NCBI RefSeq assembly: GCF_018350175.1
Contig: NC_058372.1
Location: 131,626,001 to 131,690,000, forward strand
Source of the DNA: Felis catus
Taxonomy: Eukaryota
Reading direction: 5' to 3'
DNA: 64,000 nucleotides
This document shows, in pieces, positions 35,225 through 46,266 of this stretch (the first letter of the stretch is position 1; each line of letters starts with the position of its first letter). A model generated the notes under the pieces. It did no database searches and was not told the DNA's origin. It was given only the letters and a program-made list of their open reading frames with translations. A program made the translations under genes and the position numbers.

Positions 35225-38200
35225 AAACCCCCACACTGCAGTGAATGTGTAAGAGAAGCTGCGTGGAAAATAGAGTGGTTGGCCCCTTGCTTTCTCTCTC
35301 CTGGGTTTTGCCACTTTCTAACATGGAAACAGATGTGGTGCATGCCATCAAGAATGAGGAACCATTTACGTGCCATGGTTTGCACGACCGCCTTAATTTG
35401 TCCATCGTTCTTAAAGGGACACTGTCAAGTTGGTAGTCTTTTTGCTTTTTTAAGTTTCAAAGCAAGACGCAACACTTTTTCCAACACTGGAGATTCGCTT
35501 TTGTTTGTGACTCCCACTCGCAAGCTCGAAAGTGAATTTCCCCCCTTCTTAAATTTGTCAGCTTTTCCTTGGCAAACAGAGCTCTTTCTTTGCTTTTTTT
35601 TTTTCTTTTCTTTTTTTTTTCTTTTGCCTTTTTGCTGTTGCACAAATGTTTGAAATGATCCTGTCTGCATTAAAGTACAAGCCATAACTTGAACTTATGG
35701 AGAGTTCCATAATGTCACTTTGAGGGGTTGGACGCCAACATGGGCCTCTGCTGTGAGCCTCCCACACCCTGGGGAGCACAAAACAAAAGTTTTGTGAATC
35801 CCATGAAAAGAGAGTTTTATCAAAAGGAAATGTGGTTATTTCCCCAGGATTCTGAGTGTTTTTATCAGATTTTGTCCCATCTGATAAAAATGGTGCATGT
35901 TTGGTCCAATTTTTGACCTTTAGATCTTNNNNNNNNNNNNNNNNNNNNNNNNNNNNNNNNNNNNNNNNNNNNNNNNNNNNNNNNNNNNNNNNNNNNNNNN
36001 NNNNNNNNNNNNNNNNNNNNNNNNNNNNNNNNNNNNNNNNNNNNNNNNNNNNNNNNNNNNNNNNNNNNNNNNNNNNNNNNNNNNNNNNNNNNNNNNNNNN
36101 NNNNNNNNNNNNNNNNNNNNNNNNNNNNNNNNNNNNNNNNTTGCTACTGAACCTGGCTGTGGAGGACAGTATATGAGGCCATGGAGTCTCTTTTCTTCAC
36201 TCAGTGGAGTGCATTGGGAAGTCTGTGTTCTGATATTCCCTTCAAAAGCCCAAATAGAAAGAGTGCGGTCTCAGTCGAATCATACTGACTCTTAGAGGGA
36301 AAAATATGGTAGCCCTGCCAGGACGTTTCAGGTGGTAGTCAGGGGGCCTCTGCACATGTAGATCAGAGCCACTCTCGTCTGCTTGGATGCAACCTCTGCA
36401 ATTTTCCCAGGTCAAAAGGCATTGAGCATTTCTTGCAGCATGAGTTGAGTCTGACCGAGGGCACAGCAAGGAGATCCTGATCATGACAGCTGCTGGCTGC
36501 CTGTCAAAAGGGATTGATGGGAATAGTAGATGTGCTTGTCCTGCCATGACAGCAGGGCCAGAAAGAGAGGAGAGTCACCTAACGTTTCATGACTTCAAGG
36601 TGAGTGCCTAAAAGCAAAAGCAGAGGCTGAAAGTGGGTACATTCTTGGTAGGTGACAAAACAGAAAAAAAAAATGCAACGATCAGCAAAGCTAATAGGTT
36701 GGCTGTTGAGAACTCTCAGAATGGGATCTATTCAAGCTTTCTTTCTGGAGACTATGAAGGATCAAGAAAAGATCGAAAAGAGACTATTTTTAGCCTTTGT
36801 TGTTTTTCAACAAACAACAGCAAAAAAGATATTCTCACTGTGACCTTCAGTTCCTACAGCTTTGAACAATCAAGGCAAAGGGGCTAGTGATGCAGATAAA
36901 GCTTCCTACTGGGCCATTATGGTCTGCCTATATCTATCCTGCCCCATAGGGCCCTATGTTTCCAGAGCAAACCACAAGGACTCCAGGTCAGAGCTGAGGA
37001 ACATCACATGACTTGCTATGGAAATTACAGGTCTGGTAGCATGGAGCATAGATGATACAATAATGCTTGACTTGAAGTTCCTTCAAAGGGAACATAATCT
37101 AGCATGGGATTCCTCTGCTGTTAATCACGATTAGGTTGAACGAGTAGCCATTTAAAATGTACTCAGAAAAACCTCAGGAACCAACAGAATTCTACTCATT
37201 GGTTCAAAACAGATTTGTCAGTTTTCTCAAGACAGTACACCTTATGCCCAGACAAAGTTCATGGAGCCTTCCATACTTTATTGACTTTGATGAGGTAATT
37301 TTATCTGTGGATGTCTTTTTCTTAATTGATGCATTGAAGAAAGCACACACCTGTTAGTGCAAACTGATTTCCTTTGTGTTATCTTTTATCCTGTATCACA
37401 TAGCTTTAACATATAGAATGTGATTAACCTAAATACTTTAAAAGGAGGACTGTATGTTTAGACTTTGTGATATTGTCAATTTCAGCAGGCCAAGTGGTTC
37501 TCTGACTAGCTTATGATGTTAGAATCCGAGGTGAGGAATAAAATTCACAATGCCATTTAAGACTGGTATCAGCAGAAACTACCAAGTTCCCATGTAGTCA
37601 AAAAGCATTTGTCTCCAATAATACATTCAGAGATTTTCTACCTTACTAGTAGTGAATCAAAAGGTGAGAAATTTTACTTATGTTCACATAGGCTCCTGGA
37701 AACTGTATACTGAATATTCAGATTTTTCTGGAAAGCTTTCAAAAGTGTAACTGGCATCAGTGGAAGTCCTTTGTACTGAAGACTAACTTTGCATCGCCTG
37801 AGAAAACAAGAGTCTGACTCATACGGTTTCAAATAGTTCCTATGCCTGCGATTCTACAAGAATCGCTCCTCAGACTTCATTCCGGCCCCAGCTCGCTGAA
37901 GCAGGTAGAGGTGAGGTATTCGTCCAGCGCATGTCTGGCATTCCTTCCGGAGTGTCTCAGTTGGGGCGGCAGCAGCCATTTTGAAAGGCCCGGCGTGAGT
38001 CCCAACTGTAGCTGCATGACCTCAGCAGAACTGCCCATAAGCCTGTAGCTCTGGTTTATTTTCTTAGCTTGGTAAGCCATTCTCTCCATGCTGGGACTCA
38101 ATGCATTTCCCGTTTCCATTTGCATTTTCAGAGAAAGCAAATGCTAACCTCGTCAGGTTGCAAGGAGTGAGTCTCCACCCTCCTATGTGAAGGTCTTGCC

Positions 38201-39788
38201 TTGTCTGTGGGCTCTCTGGATGCCGTCCTTATGTCTGTTGTGAAGCTATTAAGCCTCGTGGCCAAGACTTGAATTGGACATAAGGGAGACAGGTGTTGTG
38301 TAAGCTTCCCCTCAGGCAGCTTGTGCAGGATGCTTCCCTCCTGATCTCAAACACCCACCCACTGTGATTCCCATTTTAGACCTCTCTGGAGCAGAGAGCA
38401 GTGTACTAGGCAGATGTAACTAGTACTTACTGAAACAAATAAAACAGACGAGATCACCCTGAATGCCAAAGATGTACTCATCTGTTTACACCACCCACTT
38501 CCAACCACTCTCCCAAGTGCTGTAAATCCTGGATTTTCTGACTGGAGGGGATTGTCGTACTCACCTAATGAAAGAAAGATCAAAGCAAGACCCCAAGCCT
38601 GTCAGAGCTGGAGTGCAGCCCCAGGCCCCCTTGGCCCTGCACACTCCCTGTCTAAATCACCCTCTAGTCCTGGTTCCTCGCCGGCCTAACAGCCATTTCC
38701 TCCAATAACGTCAGTATTCATAAAGACATCTAGCCACCTGAGGTATTCAAGCCAAATGCTACTGCACTTGGCCTCCAAATATAAGATTGTTTCAGGCCTC
38801 ATGTCTGTCTTCTGAAGTGAGAGCAAGATGGCATGCTGTGTGACAATTATGGGGTGTTTCTAGACTAGGTTACTTTACCTAAGGTCAGGAAACCGAAAAA
38901 GGTTAAATAATAGAAGGAAGACGCTGATGGCCGAAACAGAAGGTATTAAAGTTATCTAGGGTTAAGTGGAAGATTTATTTCATAGTAATATTGCATTTTT
39001 ATAATGCATGTATGCCTTTTTGCTGCCTCATATTTTATACATTTTTCTCCTCTCAATATCACGGCCATGGGTTCTGAACCTTTGCAAGTAAGGTAATTCC
39101 TTTTCACACCAAAATGCTTATTAAGCCCTCCCCCCAATTGATGATAGTAATTGTATTTTTTTTAGTGGCCGCTTGAACAAAAAACACAAAAAAGCTTCTC
39201 AGAATTTAGCTATACTTGTACCTAGCAGCACACTTTGTCATAATAGTGTTTACATGCATTTAAAAATAGCAGTGCACAATCTGTGAAGACATAACATTGA
39301 TTCAGTCTAAAAGCAAAGCTTATTGGATTTGTAGATTCATGGACCACTCAAGCTGTATATGGACCACACGTCAGAAACAACTAATTCAGAAGGACCAAGG
39401 TTTATGCTCTGTGCTGCAGTTCCTATGAGATGATACATTTCCTTCACTATCTCTGGTTTTCAGGAAGCAATTTATTTTGTCCTTGGAAAAAAAAAAAAGG
39501 TGAATCTAATTTTCTTAATCTGATAAATGCCCTGGGACATTAGAACGGCTTCCTAATTAAACAGTACTTTACTGCAAATCTGGAACAAGACTCTGAAGGG
39601 AAGGAAAAGCTGCTAATTTTGACGGCCAGGGTGAAAATCTTCCATTACAAGAATAAGAAAGGTATTGGATTAAAACAGAACTAAGTTGTGATTACATCTA
39701 CATGCAAGGTGATTAATAATACCATTAACATAGGGAAGCACATGATTTTTAAAAAGGCCCACGTAGAATCCTGGGCAGTGAGGTAGCT

Positions 39789-39822
39789 TGAGTGAGTGAG
39801 TGAGCGAGCGAATGAGTGAGTG
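39789..39822. repeat. Imperfect (GAGT/GAGC)n
   Basis: Direct reading. Confidence 0.85.
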
Positions 39823-40028
39823 AAGTAGGTCCCAGAAATACAGGCATAGCTTTTTGCCAGCATGTGTGGAGACTGGAGTGACATTTTGTTGAGGTATATA
39901 AGCCTGGTGGTGAAGTGAGGTGTAGACTAGCTCTCAAGAGACTTATGTCTTAAACACACACACACAACTAAATGAAGACACAAGGCATCCTTCTAGTTTA
40001 ATGATTTCTAAAAAAAAATAAGCATTGA

Positions 40029-40250
40029 GGGGCACCTGGGTGGCTCAGTCGGTTAAGCGTCCGACTTTGGCTCAGGCCATGATCTCGCGGTTCGTGAGTT
40101 CAAGCCCCGCGTCGGGCTCTGTGCTGACAGCTCGGAGCCTGGAGCCTGTTTCAGATTCTGTGTCTCCCTCTCTCTCTCTGACCCTCCCCCGTTCATGCTC
40201 TGTCTCTCTGTCTCAAAAATAAATAAACGTTAAAAAAAATTTAATAAAAA
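40029..40250 (+). mobile_element. Felidae Can-SINE
   Basis: Full-length; TSD aagcattgag. Confidence 0.95.
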
Positions 40251-41424
40251 AAAAAGCATTGAGAGGCAGGCATTAGGAGTAGGAAAAAGTGTTTCCATTG
40301 CAATTAAAAGGGATGCAAATGATTGAGGTTGGATGGTATACTAAAGCATAGTTAAAAGGCAAGGCAAGAGGCAAATCAGTGGTTTTATACTTTCTGGAAG
40401 GGTCATAATGATTGCACCAAGAGAAAAATGGTGTGAGTAGAGTAGGGAGTGGAGGAAATTGGGAAAGAAGGAAGTTGGAATTTACCTAGGGTTTCAAACT
40501 CAGAAGAGGAACTGTGGATTATGGTCCTGCCTGTTGGCTGGTTGACTGTTCATACTGGGAACATTAATCATCTGTTTTTGAGTTGACTCAACTCGGAAGA
40601 AAGTCAGGTATTCTAATATGAGTGTGGAAGCTGAAAAGTCTGTAATTTTGCATTTACAAGGACTTCTACATTCTCAAGGAATATAGTAAGCATATATTTA
40701 ACAGAAATATTAATTTTCATATCGTATTTTGGAGATAGGATTTTTCCTAGACAGTTAAAAATTCAGCATATAAATTATAAGCTATATAGAAGAACTACCT
40801 TTTCCCAAATAATAAGATCAAAATTTTAGCTACTGTACCTATTTTGGGACTTCTTTATCCAGAATTTTCTGTAATAGGTATCAGAATTTCTTTAACATTC
40901 CGTACTTAGTGGCTCACTTCCCTTTTCAAGATAATAATATATAAAATGTCAAAACATTGTTGTCATTGTAAATGTGACACACATATAATTTTGAAGTACT
41001 CATTCTTGTATTTTCAAAATGATTAAATAAACCATTATATTAGCTACTGATCATTTCATACATTTTCCCAAACAAAAGACCATGATACAAAATAGTCTAT
41101 TTCACACATCCACCTAAGAAAAAAACTGTTCCTTATCCCTATTCCTTTTAATGTCAAAAATGTGTTAACATTGTGCTACTTTCTCTGTTGTTTTCACGAA
41201 TACAGTGAAAAAGCAAACTGAACACACACACATACACGAAAAAATAAACTTCCTGATTTAAGTATTAACACCGCTGTTATTAATAGTATGCTGTGGCAAG
41301 GCACCACCATCTGCTGAGAGTTATACAGAAAAAAAAAAAAGCTAAAAGTCCAAAAGCAAGACCAGAGTTATTAATTACAACATACAGAATAGAGTTTGAG
41401 TACATACACAATACATCTCTTTCC

Positions 41425-41531
41425 CTTCTTCTTCTTCTTCTTCTTCTTCTTCTTCTTCTTCTTCTTCTTTCTCCTCCCTCTCCCACTCCTCCTCCCCCTT
41501 CTCCTCCTTCTCCTCCCCCTCCTCCTCCTCT
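41425..41531. repeat. (CTT)15 followed by a CCT-rich polypyrimidine tract
   Basis: Direct reading. Confidence 0.95.
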
Positions 41532-42549
41532 TTCTATTTGATTGGTTTTAAAATGGTCCCACGAAGATATAAGCCAATAAAGCTGGAGTCCTGCTGGTAC
41601 CCCAACATTTTTTCTTCTCCAAAGCTCAGTGAGTAAAAGGCCATGGAAGGGCTTTTGTCTCAGTAACTTCTGCTTTCTCTGAATCTTCCTTTCGTCTCAT
41701 TTGCATCACAAACTATGCTGAAGGACTAACCCAGGGTCTAACCATCTGTATTTTGCTGGACTTCCTTAACACTACCTAGTTAAAAATCCCCAGTGTGGAA
41801 ATCCCAAACCAGCCGCTGTGAATCAGGGCCTTTATGTGAACTGCGGTCCATTGTCAGTGCCGGGGATGGTGCATTGAAACAAAAAGAAAAGCAACACTTG
41901 TGACACACTTAAATGGAATGTGGGTCTGGGTTTTCCGTCCTCTGCTTTCTTCTCCTCCGTACAGCTGCCGTGTGTATGACCACGCTGCTCTGGTACCTGC
42001 ACACGACGAGAAAAGCTTTAATTTGTTCCAGGGACTGAGAAGAAAGGGCGACAAGAGCTATGGTCGTTATATTCTGTTGTCCCTGTGTAACTGTAGTTTT
42101 ATTTTTTGGTTCCTCCATCAATTCTGGAATCTTTCAAAGGCTTGCACAGAGTGACAATTTTGTTGTTACCTTAGGCGTGTGCGTGTGTACGTGGGTGTAT
42201 AATAACTTGGTGAAATCTCAGACCTCAATGAAAATAGCTGCTTGTGTAACAGGCTGGCTTTTCTCCCCTACAACTTGTTCAGAGGCAAAATGTTCTGCCT
42301 TGTCTCGGGGTGAATGGAATCACTGACTGCAGCTACAGAGGCCACCTGGGGTCGCTGCAGCTTTTGGCCTTTGACCTGTAATAAGGAGAGATGGAGGGCT
42401 TGGCCGCCAGACCTACAGTCGCTCCCGGGAGCGGGGTGGGGGTGGGGGGAATCAAATTGCCTTGAGCTGGGATTGCGTATAATTTGTATGTGTCTTATCC
42501 TGTGTGCATGATATACCTGCAAATAAATCCATCTCTATTTTGTTCATAG

Positions 42550-43462
42550 TTCTAATGGCAAGTCTGTGTCATGGTCTGAACCAGGTGGAAGACAGGTGCC
42601 CAAAGGACAGCACATGTGGCACCGCCTCTCTGTGCACGTGAAGACCAATGAGACGGCCTGCAACCAAACAGCCGTCATCAAGCCCCTCACTAAAAGTTAC
42701 CAGGGCTCTGGCAAGAGCCTGACCTTTTCCGATACCAGCACCAAGACCCTTTACAACGTGGAGGAGGAGGATGCCCAGCCGGTCGGCTTCAGCCCTCCCA
42801 ACAGTCCTTCCATGGTGGTGCACCGACGTGTGCCAACCGCGGTGAGCACCCCGCCTCTGCCGCCCCACCTGACCACAGAGGAGACCCCCCTCTTCCTGGC
42901 CGACCCGGCCGTCCCCAAGGGCTTGCCCCCTCCCCTCCAGCAGCCACCGCCACCGCAGAAATCCCTGATGGACCAGCTACAGGGAGTGGTCAACAATTTC
43001 AGCACCGGGATCCCCGATTTCAACGCGGTGCTCGCAGTCCCCGGGGGTCCGGGGAACGGGGTGCGCTCGCTGTACCCGCCCCCGGCGCCCCCGCAGCACC
43101 TGCAAATGCTCCCGCTGCAGCTGAGCACCTTCGGGGAGGAGCCCGCCTCCCCGCCGGCAGAAGACGAGGATGAGGACGACAGCGAGAGGTTTAAGCTCCT
43201 CCAGGAGTACTTGTTCGAGCGGGAAGGGAACACCGAGGAAGACGAGCTGGAGGAGGAAGACGAGGACCTGCAGGCGGCCAGCAAACCCCTCCCCGAGGAT
43301 TCACCTGCTCTGACGCCTCCGTCGCCTTTCCGCGACTCGGTGGCCTCCGGCAGCTCGGTGCCCAGCTCCCCCGTGTCCGAGTCGGTGCTCTGCACCCCTC
43401 CCAACGTGACCTACGCCTCCGTCATTCTGAGGGACTACAAGCAAAGCTCCTCCACCCTGTAG
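42550..43462 (+). CDS. GRM1: GRM1 last exon, long mGlu1a C-terminal tail
   Basis: Acceptor tttgttcatag|T; phase-2 join gives N-SNGKSVSWSEPGG...TPPSPFRDSV...RDYKQSSSTL*. Homer ligand PPSPFR at 43316-43333 and C-terminal PDZ ligand SSTL. Confidence 0.98.
42585..42651 (+). CDS. GRM1: Alternative acceptor 35 nt inside the last exon: mGlu1d-type tail (K)WKTGAQRTAHVAPPLCAREDQ*
   Basis: ccag|G at 42584/42585 is exactly 35 nt downstream of the main acceptor, matching the known 35-nt deletion isoform. The shifted frame is open to TGA 42649-42651 and resembles the human mGlu1d tail as I recall it. Confidence 0.8.
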
Positions 43463-43530
43463 GGAGGAGGTGTCCGCGGGGACAGCGAGAAAAACCAGGG
43501 AGCACCAGCACCTCCGGAGATGCGCCGACG
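42650..43530. other. CpG- and GC-rich gene-body island over the last coding exon
   Basis: CG dinucleotides are visibly dense compared with the CpG-depleted remainder of the window. Confidence 0.7.
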
Positions 43531-43752
43531 GCTGGGAGGAGGAGATGGGGGGAGGAGGGTGAAGTCAGCAGGCAAGGAGGACAATGCTGCTGCCGTAGGG
43601 AAGGCCAGAGGGAACTGTGCTCTGCAAGCAAAAAAGGGATCCAGGCGAGGATCCCGATTCTTGAATTATTCAAAAGCCTTCTCTGGGAAGAAAGGGAATT
43701 CTGACAAAGCACAATCCCATATAATAAACAACTTTCACCACATAAATGAATG

Positions 43753-43785
43753 AATAAATAAATAATAAGTCAATAAATAAATAAA
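43753..43785 (+). terminator. Proximal poly(A) signal cluster
   Basis: Five AATAAA hexamers (43753, 43757, 43772, 43776, 43780) about 290 nt after the stop codon. Confidence 0.55.
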
Positions 43786-46242
43786 TCAACACGAATAATC
43801 TCCTCTTTTGGACATTGTGCATAGATAGACATGCCCACACACACTTGGCCAGCTTGAAAAGAGACAGCACATGTGGACCAGCCAGGTGAATCGTTAGTGG
43901 ACATCATGGTGTTGGTGGTATTCTTAGTGAGCAGGCTGGAGCCAGACAGAGCAGGTGGGTGAAGGAGGGGCAGGCATGGAACCACCCATGGGACGGCAGC
44001 TCATTTTTCTCCAGCCCTTCTCCTTACTGAGCGCACAGACTCCTGGTCTTCAGGAGCCTCCCTTCACCCATTGCACCTGACCCAGGGCCAGCCTTGTTGC
44101 GCTGGGAAAAAAGTGTATGGATACCCTACTGCTCTGTGATTTCTCTCTATTTAGGAAAACAGGAATCAGAGCAAAATCATCACCAAAAAGTGCTTCATCA
44201 GGAGTGCTAAGGGAGGAAGGATTGAGAAGCAAGAGGACACATAAGCATGAGGCTTTGAACACAATCAGCACAAATAACGTCCCATATTTGATACTCGCTT
44301 ATTGGTGATTTCGGAGAAAAGATTAGAGCAAGCGATTGTTTTGAGACTGGCAGAAGGTGTTTTGTGGATTTTCTTGTGTTTGTGCCAAGGGGGCTCTTCT
44401 CTGCCCTTTAATTAAAGAGAACAAACCATGTGGCAAAATTGTTACCTTACATTTACTGTAGCAAATAATACTTACCAGTTGAACTTCTAAAATGCAGTAT
44501 GTGTATTTGGTGCCGTTGTTTCTCCTGTGTACTACAGACACAAATCCATCTTCCAACTTAAGGGTGTACTCAGAGCAACTCTTGCTGGTTCAATGACAAA
44601 TAACGTCCTTCCTATTGTCATCCTTCTTATTGACAAATAATTCCTGTAACTTGTGAGTAAATGTGTTCCTGTGTCTTTGTATACTTGTGATAATAAAATT
44701 TGTGCACTGTAATGTCAATGTAACTGCAACTAGAAGTCGTCTTTCCAATATAGTATAGATATTTCTTTGTTCCAATGATGTTTTAGATATTGTCACCAAT
44801 ATCTGCAGAAGCTCTTTGATGGTTTGAGTGCTGTGGTCCAATGGTTTCCTTATGCTGCTCAGAAGGTCCTCCCTCTTCTAAAAGGGAACTTCTTTTTCAG
44901 ATATTTTATGATGTGGATATGTTATAACGAAGTGGCTTGAAAATGTGTTGTATTAAAAATTCACAAAAACTGTGGGTTACAATAAAAAAGTACATTTTAT
45001 AAATTTTCAGATATCATTATTAAAACATAAGGTTGAAATGACAGTATTGAGATGATTTCAGGTCACTTTAGATTTTTTTAAAGAGATTTTCCACAGCGAC
45101 TTGAGCTTTCAGTGTTTATAAAGCATATGCTAACCTCTCTGTCTGGCATAATTTCCCCAGTTTTCTATTTACCACTTTTTGCTTTCTTTTAATTTTTATT
45201 CCCATGTACTTTTATTCCTCTATTTTCGCTGTCATCCCTTTTCTTTATATTTTTGTTGTGTATTGTGTGTAATAACCACGTATGTGTCATCCAGTCATTT
45301 CATTTATATCCTCCTTTTTACACCCAATAAAAGTGACTCTTCTCACCATTTTGATTTCTTCTATTATTTGTGGAATGGATCTTACCCCTTTAAATATCTG
45401 TTTATGCCTTATGTGCAGTCATATTTTAATATGCTTCCTTCATTTGGAAGCTGATTTCTCAGCCAAAAATCATCTTAGAATCTTTAAATACCCGCCTCAT
45501 CATTTGTTCAGAATTTAACATCAGCTCCGATGTTTGAGGCTCATGTTTCTCATGCCTTCCCATACTCCACTGCCAAGTTTAGTCGGTTCCATAACAAGAA
45601 TGGACCGCCTTTCTTTTAAAAAATTATTTTGTAACACCTTTGGTGTTAATGACTGAACAAGGATTTCAATTCCATGTTGAAAAATGACTGAAACGAGGAT
45701 TTCAATTCCATGTTTTCACTGTAATGAAGGAGAATGAGGGAATTAGACGGTTCCCATGCTTAATAGATGGTCTACTTCCTGGCAAACTAGCAAGTAAAAG
45801 CCTACTATCTATTATTCGTGAAACATGTTTTATATCTTAATGCCACTAACATATGTCCTTGATATCACAGGACTTGTGCATTCAGATTTTTTAAAAGTAA
45901 GTATAGATCAGGAAAACTGCTCTACTATTCAAATAATGTAAGATATCGGTTTGTTCTGAGGTTTTAGTCTGAAACATTTGGTGAACACATTCAACACCAA
46001 TCACATTATTTCTCTGAATGCCTAATATTACCATGATTAAATGTTTTCCTGAACACAATGCAGTATTAGCTCTTACAGCATAATTGTTCAAAATTGGAAA
46101 TGTACACAGACATACCTTATACCAAAAATGCAGATACTTTTCATCTTGATGTACGTGCTTATACACGTTGTTTAGCTTCTTGTAAAAGTGTTTTCCTTTG
46201 GCTCGTTACTGCCTTTGTCAAATAACCTTGATAATGCTGTAT

Positions 46243-46266
46243 AATAAATATTTTCTATTTATTAAA
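46243..46266 (+). terminator. Distal poly(A) signals of GRM1
   Basis: AATAAA at 46243-46248 and ATTAAA at 46261-46266, then tgtgtgcattcc; repeat content rises downstream. Confidence 0.7.

Noticed and set aside
42751-43404. 217-aa minus-strand ORF (also 42569-42868)
   Set aside because: Antisense shadow of the GC-rich GRM1 last exon; low complexity and no independent gene signals.
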